The notes under the pieces are model-generated. The model did not search any database and was not told the origin of the DNA. It saw nothing but the letters and a program-made list of their open reading frames with translations. Source: Sulfurospirillaceae bacterium (GTDB lineage: Bacteria > Campylobacterota > Campylobacteria > Campylobacterales > Sulfurospirillaceae). From it: a stretch of 64,000 nucleotides of DNA. The position numbers and the translations under genes are program-made. This document shows, one piece after another, positions 30,662-40,654 of this stretch. The stretch spans positions 11,120 through 75,119 of the forward strand of contig JAWVXD010000011.1 in NCBI GenBank assembly GCA_033723415.1, given 5' to 3'. Every line of letters begins with the position of its first letter. The first letter of the stretch is position 1.

Positions 30662-31113
30662 AACGTTCAGGGTTTGGCTTGATTCAAACTCTTTTGATTA
30701 TAATCCTAGTAAGCGGTTTGTTGGTCGTAGCTATGAAATATGCCAAAATAACTATAAAACAAACAGGCGACATATATGCTAAAGAGAGTGCAGAACTTTT
30801 TATGAAGAGTGCTCTAGAGACTAGTTTATTAGCTATAAGCGGCTATCAAAGAAATGCTACGAACGGTTGCCTTAAAGAGATCAATGTGACATCTGCCGAT
30901 GATAGATTTTTTGCAGATATTAATATCTCAAAATACTATCTCCTAAACGGTAGTCAAGATTGCAATTATTGTGGAAGCTTATGCAAACCTATCAGTACTG
31001 AAGAGTCCAGCGGCATGGTGATGCTTAAAGTGCATGTCATGACAAACCCAAAAAATCCTAAAAACAAAAACAAAAATATATCACTATATATGAGGACCTT
31101 GCAAAAGCCATGA
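30658..31113 (+). CDS. Minor pilin lacking Glu5 (MshP/PilX/GspK-like)
   Basis: KRSG|FGLIQTLLIII with Gln at position 5 and a hydrophobic helix. Confidence 0.7.
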   Translation: MKRSGFGLIQTLLIIILVSGLLVVAMKYAKITIKQTGDIYAKESAELFMKSALETSLLAISGYQRNATNGCLKEINVTSADDRFFADINISKYYLLNGSQDCNYCGSLCKPISTEESSGMVMLKVHVMTNPKNPKNKNKNISLYMRTLQKP

Positions 31114-31586
31114 GAACTAACAAATATATTAAATCTGCTTTTACTATTGTCGAGCTTGTATTTGTTATCATACTAATCGGAATATTAACAAGCATAGGAG
31201 TTAGTTTTTTACCTGATAATAAGCTTCTTAATGACACAAATTTTTTGGTCATGAAGATTAAAGAAAAACAAAGAAATGCGATTGGTTACGATGCCGTAGG
31301 ATTTGCTGATCCATGGAGCGTTGAAGATAACTCAACATGCGTGAATTTTAATACGGCAACTTTGGAAAATGAAGATAAAAACTCTCAAAAACCATATAAG
31401 TTCACTTCTAATTTGAGTGTTGTGAACAGTACAAACAGTACAATATGTTTTGATGAGTTTGGCAGGCCATACCAATCAGGTTCACTCCTGAAAAATAGAA
31501 TAGATGTCAATATTAGTCATAATATAAACAAATATAACATAATTTCAGTTGAGCCAATGAGCGGATATGTTATAATCAAAAATTAA
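31110..31586 (+). CDS. Minor pilin (MshC/FimT-like)
   Basis: KSA|FTIVELVFVIILIGIL; ICFDEFGRP and ISVEPMSGY motifs. Confidence 0.8.
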   Translation: MRTNKYIKSAFTIVELVFVIILIGILTSIGVSFLPDNKLLNDTNFLVMKIKEKQRNAIGYDAVGFADPWSVEDNSTCVNFNTATLENEDKNSQKPYKFTSNLSVVNSTNSTICFDEFGRPYQSGSLLKNRIDVNISHNINKYNIISVEPMSGYVIIKN

Positions 31587-31606
31587 AATCTAAGGTTAAT
31601 TTTATA

Positions 31607-33103
31607 ATGGCAGAAAATAAATCAATTCAGTATATAAACCCGGTAGATTCATCCCTGATTTTATATGATGGCGGCAATTTTGTAAATACCCAAAAGAGAC
31701 AAAATCTATATACTGTTTCCAGAATTTTATATGAATGTGTCATAATTTACAGTTTTAAAATCCCACTTTCTCAAGCTAACGATGACCTAAATGCCCTTGC
31801 TGAAATCAAAATGTATGAGGAAGCAGGACTAGATGTAAATAAGAACTACAAGATAACATATATACTCAAAGAATTCAACTTTGATGACACTAATTTAGTT
31901 GAAGCCTTTGCCATTGATATTGATACATTGAAAGACAATTTCAAAGAACCTATAAAAAAAGTAAAATATATAGATTTTCTAGCTTTACCGTTCTTTGCAT
32001 TTAGTACGTTTTATAAAAACAAAATATTAACAGCCAAAAATGATATATTTGTCTATATAGATGAAAATGAATCTTTTATGAGTTTTTATAAAAACGCTAC
32101 ATATATATCTACAAAGTCCTTGATCAACTTAGATGAGATAATAGACAAATTAAATGCACAAGATATTCATCTCAATATTGACGAATTGTATGGTCTGCTT
32201 GAGAACAAAGGGTTGGACTCTGCCAATTATGCAAATGAGGAAGCTGATCTATTTAATTTTATGGAGTCTATATTTTCTGATATTTTGATGAAGATTCAAA
32301 ATGTAGCTTTACATAACAGAAACGTTTTTGAATTTGAACAAATTGACAGAATATTTTTTAGTACAAAAAAAGGCAGGATCAAAGGTCTTAAAAATTTTGT
32401 TTTAAATTTTGGAATGAGCGATGTTGAAGTACTGGATTTTAATCTATTTAAAGAAAAACAAGAAGATAACTTTTTAGATAAAATCGTGGCTTCTTATGGA
32501 ATGGACAAATTCAAAGAAAAATCTTCTGAGCAAAATGTAACTATCTTTGAACGTAGACCTTCTTTTTTGAAAACACAAGCCGGAAAGCTCATAACATCTG
32601 CCGCTGTTCTGCTGATTATTGTATTTAGTATATATTTTTATTTGAACAATTCTATTTTAAATTTAAAAAAAGAAGAGAGTCAGCTTTCGTCTAGATATAG
32701 CGCTTTACAACAAAGTGCAAATCAATATAAAGCACAAATAAGACAAAAAAACAATGAGATAATTAAAGTAAAAGCCGATATATCAAAACAAAAGTTGGTA
32801 TTGGAGAACATAAAGGTCAGTATAGATAAACTTGAAAAGATGAGAGGGGTAGATAATTCTTACATCAGTTTCCTTGCAAAAGTAAATACTTTACTGCAAA
32901 GGTATGGTTTACATACAAAAAGTATAAAACAAATAGATAAAAAATATATGGATATAGAAGTTATTTCAAGCTACCAACATCGTGACAAGATAGCAAGTTT
33001 TTTAAGAGAGCTTATGCAGGAGGGCTTTTTAAACGTTAAAACAGATGAGATTAGGCTAAATGATAAAAATTATATAAGCAAAATAGGAATTGAGCGTGAA
33101 TAA
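31607..33103 (+). CDS. Pilus alignment-complex protein (MshI / PilM-PilN-like fusion)
   Basis: Large N-terminal soluble domain, single TM near aa 325-345, coiled coil, C-terminal PilN-like region; position before PilO-like gene and secretin. Confidence 0.6.
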   Translation: MAENKSIQYINPVDSSLILYDGGNFVNTQKRQNLYTVSRILYECVIIYSFKIPLSQANDDLNALAEIKMYEEAGLDVNKNYKITYILKEFNFDDTNLVEAFAIDIDTLKDNFKEPIKKVKYIDFLALPFFAFSTFYKNKILTAKNDIFVYIDENESFMSFYKNATYISTKSLINLDEIIDKLNAQDIHLNIDELYGLLENKGLDSANYANEEADLFNFMESIFSDILMKIQNVALHNRNVFEFEQIDRIFFSTKKGRIKGLKNFVLNFGMSDVEVLDFNLFKEKQEDNFLDKIVASYGMDKFKEKSSEQNVTIFERRPSFLKTQAGKLITSAAVLLIIVFSIYFYLNNSILNLKKEESQLSSRYSALQQSANQYKAQIRQKNNEIIKVKADISKQKLVLENIKVSIDKLEKMRGVDNSYISFLAKVNTLLQRYGLHTKSIKQIDKKYMDIEVISSYQHRDKIASFLRELMQEGFLNVKTDEIRLNDKNYISKIGIERE

Positions 33104-33704
33104 TTTAGAAAAATACCTAAACAATATAGATAAAAGACAAAAATATCTTATTTATTTTATGGTTTTTGGATTAATCATCTATATCGCAGTTACTGTTATG
33201 ACTCCTCTTGTAAATGAGCAAAATAATATAAAAGATCGTATAAGCAATTTACAGATCAAATTGGCTCAGAATTCATTGGCTAGATTAAAAAGAGAGCTTG
33301 GAGCAGCAAACAAAAACTTATTCAGCCTTACAACACAAAAAGAGAAACAAAAAGAGAAAATAGACTTTCTAATATCAGGATTATACAAATTAAAATATGC
33401 ATTTTACGATGATAAAGAATGGGCAAAAAGTATACAAGACATACTTCAAGATTCTCTAAAAAGAAATTTGAAAATTGATTATGTAAAGAGTCTGGATGCC
33501 AAAAACTCCAAAAGCAAAAATATCTTGAAAAAGAAAAGAAGTCTGGAGATACAAGGAAGTGGAAATTATAGTGATATTGTTGCATTTATCTCATATATAG
33601 ATAATTTAAACACACTTTTACAATTTACTAAAACAGATATTTATCTAAAAGACGATATCGTAAACTTTAAATTAAATATCGATTTATATGGGATTGGATT
33701 ATGA
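33090..33704 (+). CDS. MshJ/PilO-like assembly protein
   Basis: N-terminal TM, coiled coil, LEIQGSGNYSDIVAFISYID motif. Confidence 0.7.
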   Translation: MSVNNLEKYLNNIDKRQKYLIYFMVFGLIIYIAVTVMTPLVNEQNNIKDRISNLQIKLAQNSLARLKRELGAANKNLFSLTTQKEKQKEKIDFLISGLYKLKYAFYDDKEWAKSIQDILQDSLKRNLKIDYVKSLDAKNSKSKNILKKKRSLEIQGSGNYSDIVAFISYIDNLNTLLQFTKTDIYLKDDIVNFKLNIDLYGIGL

Positions 33705-34102
33705 GGTATCTTTTAATTTTAACAATTTTACTATCATTCGTTTTTGGTGATAATCTATCTACAAGATTAGAGCATTTGATACAAAACAAACATGAAAAGA
33801 AAGTTGTCTTTTTAAGTTATAATCCATTTCAAGTTAATAAAAAAGAAAAAAAAGCTGCAGAGAGTTACAGAGATATTACACCTAAAAAACAAAATCATCC
33901 ACTAGATTTTATTACGGTTATGAATAAAAAAGCTTTTATAAACGGCAGATGGTTCAAAGCAGGTGATATAGTAGCCGGATATAAGATAGAAAAGATTTAT
34001 CCAAATAAAATTTTAGTAAACAAAAAAGGTGTGAAAACCACTCTTGGTTTGGGAATAAAAGAAAATATTTTGAAAATAAGGGAAAATAAACATGAGAATT
34101 AG
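33701..34102 (+). CDS. MshK-like exported assembly protein
   Basis: Signal peptide, YNPF, KAFINGRWFKAGDIVAGYKIEKI. Confidence 0.65.
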   Translation: MRYLLILTILLSFVFGDNLSTRLEHLIQNKHEKKVVFLSYNPFQVNKKEKKAAESYRDITPKKQNHPLDFITVMNKKAFINGRWFKAGDIVAGYKIEKIYPNKILVNKKGVKTTLGLGIKENILKIRENKHEN

Positions 34103-35525
34103 ATTTTTATTGTTGGTTCTAGTCTTTTTGACTACATCTGCATTGGCAAATTGTGAAAATAAATTTTTCTCTTTTAGTGTAAAAGATAGTTCAAAAAGTA
34201 GTGTCAGTATTTTAGATGTTCTAGAAAATGTTACAGACGAATGTAAGATGACTATGATCTTCGAAGACGGTCTTGTTAGAAAAGAGCTCAATAAAAAACT
34301 AAACTATATCAATGTAAAAGATTTTTCGCTGAAAGAGCTTTTAAATCTTTTATTGAGTGATAGAAATCTATTTTATTCCCTTGATGAGAATCAGAAGATA
34401 TTAAAGATCTCATATGTTAAAACAAAATCATTCTTTTTAGATTATGTAAGTTTCACAAAACGTACAAGCAGTACAAATAAAACTATAAAAACAGGATCTT
34501 CAACAGGAAAAGGAGCAGAGGATTCAACTACTATGGATTTTACTTCAGATTTCCAGTTTTGGAGCAAAATAGAAGCTGAAGTAAATAATATACTAAATCG
34601 TGGAGAACCTGATAGCAAAGTGGCTTCAAAAGCGCTCATCAATCAAGATGCAGGCATGATCACTGTAACCGGAACAAAAAGACAGCTTGATCGAGTTAGA
34701 AAATACATAAAAGACATCATGAAGAGGCTGCACAAAGAGATACTTATAGAAGCTAAGCTTATAGAAGTAAAATATACGGATAGTAAAACCAACGGCATAG
34801 ATTGGAGTAAGTTTCAACTCTCTCTTAACGGATCAAGTGATGCGTTGGCATCAAGAAGTGCAGGAATATCTACAAATGGATTTGTTAAGCCAAACTATCT
34901 GATCGGATACAACTTTTCTATGGATGGATTGCTTAATTTTCTAAAAACGCAAGGCGATGTCAAAATCGTATCTAACCCAAAGGTCATGACACTAAACAAT
35001 CAATCAGCCGTCATCAATGTAGGAACGGAAGTAAATTACAGATATGACAGCGGAAGTACCACGACGACTTCAAGCGGTGGTTCAGTGACTACGCCAAACT
35101 ATACAGCTGATTCGACATTTGTAGGAGTTACTCTTGATATTACACCACAGGTGACAAATGACAACTTTATTATGCTAAAGATCAATCCAACGGTTAGTGA
35201 GATAGATAAAGAACACATAGACAGCAACGGTGTTCCTTTTTTAGCTCCGGATATAAAGATAAAGCAGCTCTCATCTATAGTAAAAGTTAAAAATGGCAGC
35301 AAAGTTCTAATAGGCGGACTTATTAACAAAGACGAAAGTTTGACAAATACTAGTGTACCGTTTCTCTCATCTATACCTATAGTTGGAAAGGCTTTTAGAA
35401 GTGACGGCAAGGTTATAACAAACAGTGAGCTTATCATTGTGTTGATACCTCATATCATTGATGTAAATAAAAAACCTAATTTAAATGATTTTGATATAAA
35501 CATAGATAGAAAATATAAAAAATGA
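34092..35525 (+). CDS. mshL: MSHA-type secretin (MshL/CtsD-like)
   Basis: GIDWS, VSNPKVMTLNNQSAVINVG, GVTLDITPQ, VPFLSSIPIVGKAF, SELIIVLIPHII. Confidence 0.9.
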   Translation: MRIRFLLLVLVFLTTSALANCENKFFSFSVKDSSKSSVSILDVLENVTDECKMTMIFEDGLVRKELNKKLNYINVKDFSLKELLNLLLSDRNLFYSLDENQKILKISYVKTKSFFLDYVSFTKRTSSTNKTIKTGSSTGKGAEDSTTMDFTSDFQFWSKIEAEVNNILNRGEPDSKVASKALINQDAGMITVTGTKRQLDRVRKYIKDIMKRLHKEILIEAKLIEVKYTDSKTNGIDWSKFQLSLNGSSDALASRSAGISTNGFVKPNYLIGYNFSMDGLLNFLKTQGDVKIVSNPKVMTLNNQSAVINVGTEVNYRYDSGSTTTTSSGGSVTTPNYTADSTFVGVTLDITPQVTNDNFIMLKINPTVSEIDKEHIDSNGVPFLAPDIKIKQLSSIVKVKNGSKVLIGGLINKDESLTNTSVPFLSSIPIVGKAFRSDGKVITNSELIIVLIPHIIDVNKKPNLNDFDINIDRKYKK

Positions 35526-36319
35526 GAGATTTTACTGCAGCCAAAGAGCTATTTCGGGATGTTATTGATTCAAGATTATATTTTGATAGCGTAAGCGCTG
35601 AAATAGCAAGATATAAGATTGAAAATTCTATAGAAGGAAGAGACGCTCCTTTGATATTTTTGATAGGTGATCCGGGTGTTGGTAAAAGTTATATCTTGAA
35701 ACTCATAAGTTCAGAATTAGAGAAAAAATCATTAAGTATTTTTATAGACCATCCTTTTTTTGATAAAAGAGATTTATTAAAAATCCTTTATGAAGCAAAA
35801 GGTATGGAATTTGACAAAGATATAAATTTTAACGAACTTAAAGCAAATTTACTAAAAGAGTATAAAAATAGCCAGCATACTATATTTATAGACGAAGCGC
35901 AGCTTTTAAATGAAGAGCAGTTTGAATTGATCAGAATTTTAAGCGACACAAAAGTATTTCAATTTGTACTATCAATGCATAAAGAAGAGGGAAGTGCAAT
36001 ATTGGAGAAAAAGCACTTCAAGTCAAGAACAAAGGCTGTAGTAGAGTATGGTAAATTGCATCATGATGAGGTTTTGAGATATATACAAAGTACATTGTTC
36101 TTGATAAATCAAGGTGAGATAGCAAATATGTTTTCAAAAAAGCATTCCCTAAAGATAACAAGATATTGCAATGGAAATTTTAGAACAGTTAAAAAGTTCC
36201 TATATACTCTCATCACTCTTTTGGAGTATGCAAAGCAAAACGGTCTTAGAAAATATGATAGAATAAATAACTTTTTGTTAAAGATGAGTGCCTTGGAAAT
36301 AGGGGTGATTCATGACTAA
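35522..36319 (+). CDS. AAA ATPase (MshM/ExeA/CtsP-like)
   Basis: Walker A GDPGVGKS, Walker B IFIDEAQ, GNFR; follows the secretin. Confidence 0.8.
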   Translation: MRDFTAAKELFRDVIDSRLYFDSVSAEIARYKIENSIEGRDAPLIFLIGDPGVGKSYILKLISSELEKKSLSIFIDHPFFDKRDLLKILYEAKGMEFDKDINFNELKANLLKEYKNSQHTIFIDEAQLLNEEQFELIRILSDTKVFQFVLSMHKEEGSAILEKKHFKSRTKAVVEYGKLHHDEVLRYIQSTLFLINQGEIANMFSKKHSLKITRYCNGNFRTVKKFLYTLITLLEYAKQNGLRKYDRINNFLLKMSALEIGVIHD

Positions 36320-37097
36320 TAGAGCATTTGAAGATTTAGAAAGAAGATGCACTGCTCTAAATAGAAAAATATTTTTAAAATGGTTTTTATTGATATTTAT
36401 AATTTTAGCTCTTATAGGTTTTGGATTATTTGAGTTTTTCTTTGTCAGTGCAACACAGATAAGTCATGTAGTCCCCTTAAAAAAAGTGGAAAATAATGTT
36501 TCAAAGATCAAAAGGGTTATACCAAAACTTAAGGTCGTAGCTAAGAAAATCGACACAAATAAAACAATACTCAAAAAAGAAGAGAGTAATATAACTGTAA
36601 AGCCCCAAGACTATAAGACGCTTTTGTTGAAACCGAACATAGTAATTCCAAAGATAAATCAAAAAATACAAGAAGTGAATACAACTATCAAAAAAGATAA
36701 AATTCAACCAAAAGTTACAGAAGTAAAGAAAGACAAGATAGTCGTACCTGATAAAAATATAAGCCTCAAACAAGCCGATAAAATACATATTTCGGTTACA
36801 ACTATGCCAAGCGAAGAATCTTTGATCGAAACAAACAGTAAAGATGAAGATTTTGATTCTGCTTTTAAGCTTGCACAATATTATTTTAAAAATCAAAAAT
36901 ATGAAAAAGCGATATTTTATTCTAAAAAGGCAAACCATTTTAATCCTACTTCAGCAAAGCCTTGGCTTGTATATGCAAGAGCCAAGATCAAAGAACATAA
37001 GAGGGATGAAGCCATAAAAGCGCTTGAAACATATCTTTCGTATTTTAGCTCAGACGATGTAGAAAACTTGTTGATCTCTATAAAAGGCAAGAAATGA
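36312..37097 (+). CDS. Membrane-anchored TPR protein (MshN-like)
   Basis: N-terminal TM, low-complexity Lys-rich linker, C-terminal TPR-like helices (LAQYYFKNQKYEKA...PWLVYARA). Confidence 0.7.
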   Translation: MTNRAFEDLERRCTALNRKIFLKWFLLIFIILALIGFGLFEFFFVSATQISHVVPLKKVENNVSKIKRVIPKLKVVAKKIDTNKTILKKEESNITVKPQDYKTLLLKPNIVIPKINQKIQEVNTTIKKDKIQPKVTEVKKDKIVVPDKNISLKQADKIHISVTTMPSEESLIETNSKDEDFDSAFKLAQYYFKNQKYEKAIFYSKKANHFNPTSAKPWLVYARAKIKEHKRDEAIKALETYLSYFSSDDVENLLISIKGKK

Positions 37098-37627
37098 AAA
37101 AAGCAGTTATTATCTTGTTTTTTATGTCTGTTATCTGCTTGGCATATGACAAAGTCAATATCATAAACGACTATCAGAATAAAAATTACAAAAATGTATG
37201 TATGAATAGTTTGAATCTTGTATATACGATCACAGATGAAGATATGTTGTCATTGATCGCAGATGCATGCCTAAGAATAGATTATATAAATCCTCTGGGT
37301 GATATTATCAAAAAACTATATTCAACTCCTAAATACAGGGAAAACGCATCTTACTTTGCAACAATTTTACTGCAAAAGAAACTCATATACCAGTTTATGA
37401 ACGATGGTATAGATATAAGTGATATAAGACTTCCTAGAACTTCTTACATACTCTCCGTAGTGTTTGAAAATCTTGTGAAAAAAAATTACAAAATTGTCAA
37501 TAATAAGATTGAAATAGACCTCGGAGTAAAAAAATATTTGATTTGGTTATCAAATGATGAAAAACCAAAAGTTTTTATACAAGAGTATAAAAATAACAAA
37601 CTGATTAAGCAACATTGGTATTTATAG
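37094..37627 (+). CDS. Exported hypothetical protein in pilus cluster
   Basis: Signal peptide, two Cys in the mature region, ATGA overlap. Confidence 0.65.
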   Translation: MKKAVIILFFMSVICLAYDKVNIINDYQNKNYKNVCMNSLNLVYTITDEDMLSLIADACLRIDYINPLGDIIKKLYSTPKYRENASYFATILLQKKLIYQFMNDGIDISDIRLPRTSYILSVVFENLVKKNYKIVNNKIEIDLGVKKYLIWLSNDEKPKVFIQEYKNNKLIKQHWYL

Positions 37628-37636
37628 GAATATAAT

Positions 37637-39304
37637 ATGATTCAAAACAAGATAAGAATCGGTGACATACTAGTAGAAAAAGGTTTTATAACACAAGAAC
37701 AGCTTCACCTTGCTTTGGCTGAGCAAAAAAATAGCAATTTTTCAAAGAGACTAGGTCAGATATTTATAGATGAAGGATACTTAAGCGATAGAGTATTTGC
37801 AGAAATACTAGCAGAGCAGTTAAATATAGATTTTATTGACTTATACGGAGTAGAGGTTGATTTTAATCTCATGTCCAAATATTCGATAAAATTGCTCAAA
37901 GGTGCAGAGGCTATACCATTTAAAGAAGATGAAGAATTTATTCACGTTGCTACGGTTGATCCTCTTGATTATGAATCATTGGAACTATTAGAAAGAAGCA
38001 TTGCCACAAAACCGATCAAACTATACATTTCATTAAAAAGTGATGTTTATCATATATTTGAAAGATTTGAGATTCTATCTATAACAAAATTATTGGTTGA
38101 CAATATCAAAAAAGAGATAGCTTCTAACATATACAAAGCAGACAGTGAACAAAGTTCTGTTATGCAACTTATAGAACAGATCATTAAGACAGCGATCAAA
38201 AAAAATGCCAGTGATATCCATATAGAGCCATCGGCTTTTAATGTTTCCGTTAGAAGCAGGATCGATGGCGTGTTGAGAGAAAATTTTGTATTTGATATAG
38301 AGATATACAATGCTATAGCATCACGTATAAAAATTCTTGGAAATTTGGATATCAGTGAAAAAAGAAAATCTCAAGACGGTAGATTTTCCATGCAAATAAA
38401 CAACAGTACATATGATTTCAGACTTTCAACTGCTCCTACTATGTTTGGTGAATCCATAGTCATGAGGATTTTGGATCAACAAAAAATTCTGCTTAAACTC
38501 AGAGATTTGGGGATGGAAGATGAAAATATCAAAATTTTCGAGGAAATTTTAAAATCTCCTTATGGGATCATTTTTGTAACAGGACCTACAGGAAGCGGAA
38601 AAACGACTACTTTGTATGCTGCATTAAATGAGATAAAAAGTATAGAAAACAAAATGATAACTATAGAGGACCCTATAGAGTATCAACTCCCTCTCGCACA
38701 ACAGATACAGATAAATGAAAAGATAAACTATTCGTTCGCAGAAGCTATACGTTCTATTCTAAGGCAGGATCCGGATATTATAATGGTCGGAGAAGTTAGA
38801 GATACCGAAACTCTAAATATTGCGGTTCAAGCATCGCTTACAGGGCATCTTGTCTTTTCAACACTTCATACTAATGATGCTCCAAGTGCAATTACCAGGA
38901 TGATTCAAATGGGATTAGAACCTTATCTTATCGCAGATTCATTGGTTGGTATAATCGCACAAAGACTTGTAAGAAAGATTTGTCCTCACTGCAAAAAAGA
39001 GTACAAACCACTGAAGATGACTCTAGATAAAATAGAAAAATATCTACCGAAGGATTATACTTTTTATAAAGGTGAGGGTTGCTTGAGATGTGGTTTTACA
39101 GGTTATGACGGAAGAACCATGATCAGCGAGATATTAAGAATCAGTGAGACGATATCACATCTTATCTCTATCAATATGAACAAATATGAAATTTCAAGAA
39201 AAGCAGAAGAGAGTGATGGTTTTGAGCCTATGATCGTTGATGGTATCAAAAAAGCATTAAACGGTATAACAACTATTGAAGAAGTCATGAGAGTCGCGAA
39301 ATAG
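37637..39304 (+). CDS. mshE: Pilus extension ATPase (MshE/PilB/GspE) with MshEN c-di-GMP-binding domain
   Basis: Tandem RIGDILVEKG...LAEQ / RLGQIFIDEG...LAEQ; ASDIHIEP, GPTGSGKTTTLY, EDPIEY, LRQDPDIIMVGE, CPHC/CLRC. Confidence 0.9.
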   Translation: MIQNKIRIGDILVEKGFITQEQLHLALAEQKNSNFSKRLGQIFIDEGYLSDRVFAEILAEQLNIDFIDLYGVEVDFNLMSKYSIKLLKGAEAIPFKEDEEFIHVATVDPLDYESLELLERSIATKPIKLYISLKSDVYHIFERFEILSITKLLVDNIKKEIASNIYKADSEQSSVMQLIEQIIKTAIKKNASDIHIEPSAFNVSVRSRIDGVLRENFVFDIEIYNAIASRIKILGNLDISEKRKSQDGRFSMQINNSTYDFRLSTAPTMFGESIVMRILDQQKILLKLRDLGMEDENIKIFEEILKSPYGIIFVTGPTGSGKTTTLYAALNEIKSIENKMITIEDPIEYQLPLAQQIQINEKINYSFAEAIRSILRQDPDIIMVGEVRDTETLNIAVQASLTGHLVFSTLHTNDAPSAITRMIQMGLEPYLIADSLVGIIAQRLVRKICPHCKKEYKPLKMTLDKIEKYLPKDYTFYKGEGCLRCGFTGYDGRTMISEILRISETISHLISINMNKYEISRKAEESDGFEPMIVDGIKKALNGITTIEEVMRVAK

Positions 39305-39311
39305 GAATCAT

Positions 39312-40556
39312 ATGAAATATTTTGAGATAGAATACATCAAGCAGACAAACAGGGAAAAACTAGTGATGCTTGCACAAAACAAAATAGAAGCCATGGAAAA
39401 TTTCAAAAGAAAATCCTTGGGAGTATTCGTCAATATAACTGAGATTCAAGAGCCACTGTCTTTCAAATTAGAAAAAATATCTGAGAAAATAAAAGAAAAA
39501 CTAAGAATAAAGAAGATGCCTTTGGATCCATATATCGCATCACTAAGGCATGTATCTACTATGTTAAATGCAGGACTTTCCATAACAGTTTGTCTAGAAG
39601 ATGTGATTAAGACGACTGAACACAAAAGATTGAAAGAAATCTATACTACTGTCTTGCAGGAAGTAGAATCAGGTGTGAATTTGTCTGATTCATTTAAAGC
39701 TTTTGAAGATGAGCTAGGAGCTATAACTACAGCATTATTTGATTTGGGAGAAAAAACAGGTACACTTGATGAATCAATAGAAAAATTGGCAGATATTTTA
39801 CAAGAGGTCCAAGACAATAGAATGAAGCTCAAAAAGGCTACTAGATATCCGGTTATAGTGATCATCGCTATGATCATCGCATTTTCTCTTGTGATTACTC
39901 TGGTGATACCTCAATTTCAATCTATGTTTCAAGAATATAATGCACAATTGCCATTTCCAACGATCTTGCTGTTGTGGATAGAAAATGCGATCACACACTA
40001 TGGTATTTATGTTTTAGGCGGCGCTTTGGTGATGAGTGGTTTTCTGTCTATCTTGTATAAAAGAAGTGAGAATTTCAGAAGATTATTTGACAAAAACATG
40101 CTAAAAGTCTATATTGTAGGAAGAGTGATATATCTTTCCATGATAGGAAGGTTCGTTTATGTCTTTGACAGGCTCTCAACTTCAGGTATCCCTATAATAG
40201 ATTCATTAAAAACAGCTATAGGCATCGTTGAAAATGCATATCTCCGGGAGCGATTATCTGAGATAATCAGAGCTATAGAAGAGGGTAGAAGTCTCAAAGA
40301 TGGCTTTGAAGATACAAAAAAGTTTGAAAGCATGGTTATACAGATGATAAGTGCAGGCGAGAACAGCGGATCTCTTAGTAAGATGTTGGATAAAATATCC
40401 GACATATTTAGAAAAAAATACAGTTATTTAGTTGATAATGTGGCAACGATGATAGAACCTCTTTTGATAGCGGCAATCGCAGGTTTTGTTCTTTTACTGG
40501 CTCTTGGGATATTTTTACCTATGTGGTCTATAGCTGAAGCCGTAGGAGGTACATGA
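39312..40556 (+). CDS. mshG: Pilus platform protein (MshG/PilC/GspF)
   Basis: Two GspF domains (GEKTGTLDE...RYP; AGENSGSL...MIEP), 3 TM. Confidence 0.9.
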   Translation: MKYFEIEYIKQTNREKLVMLAQNKIEAMENFKRKSLGVFVNITEIQEPLSFKLEKISEKIKEKLRIKKMPLDPYIASLRHVSTMLNAGLSITVCLEDVIKTTEHKRLKEIYTTVLQEVESGVNLSDSFKAFEDELGAITTALFDLGEKTGTLDESIEKLADILQEVQDNRMKLKKATRYPVIVIIAMIIAFSLVITLVIPQFQSMFQEYNAQLPFPTILLLWIENAITHYGIYVLGGALVMSGFLSILYKRSENFRRLFDKNMLKVYIVGRVIYLSMIGRFVYVFDRLSTSGIPIIDSLKTAIGIVENAYLRERLSEIIRAIEEGRSLKDGFEDTKKFESMVIQMISAGENSGSLSKMLDKISDIFRKKYSYLVDNVATMIEPLLIAAIAGFVLLLALGIFLPMWSIAEAVGGT

Positions 40557-40654
40557 TGGGCGATATGCAACTTGGAAGTATTAGCATAGCAATACTTAGC
40601 ACAATAATACTCGGCATTACGTTTTGGATCATTCACAAGATCACAAATATTTAA
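40556..40654 (+). CDS. Small single-TM protein (32 aa), not in ORF track
   Basis: MGDMQLGSISIAILSTIILGITFWIIHKITNI*; AGGAGG at 40544-40549, start overlapping the mshG stop (ATGATG). Confidence 0.55.
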   Translation: MGDMQLGSISIAILSTIILGITFWIIHKITNI

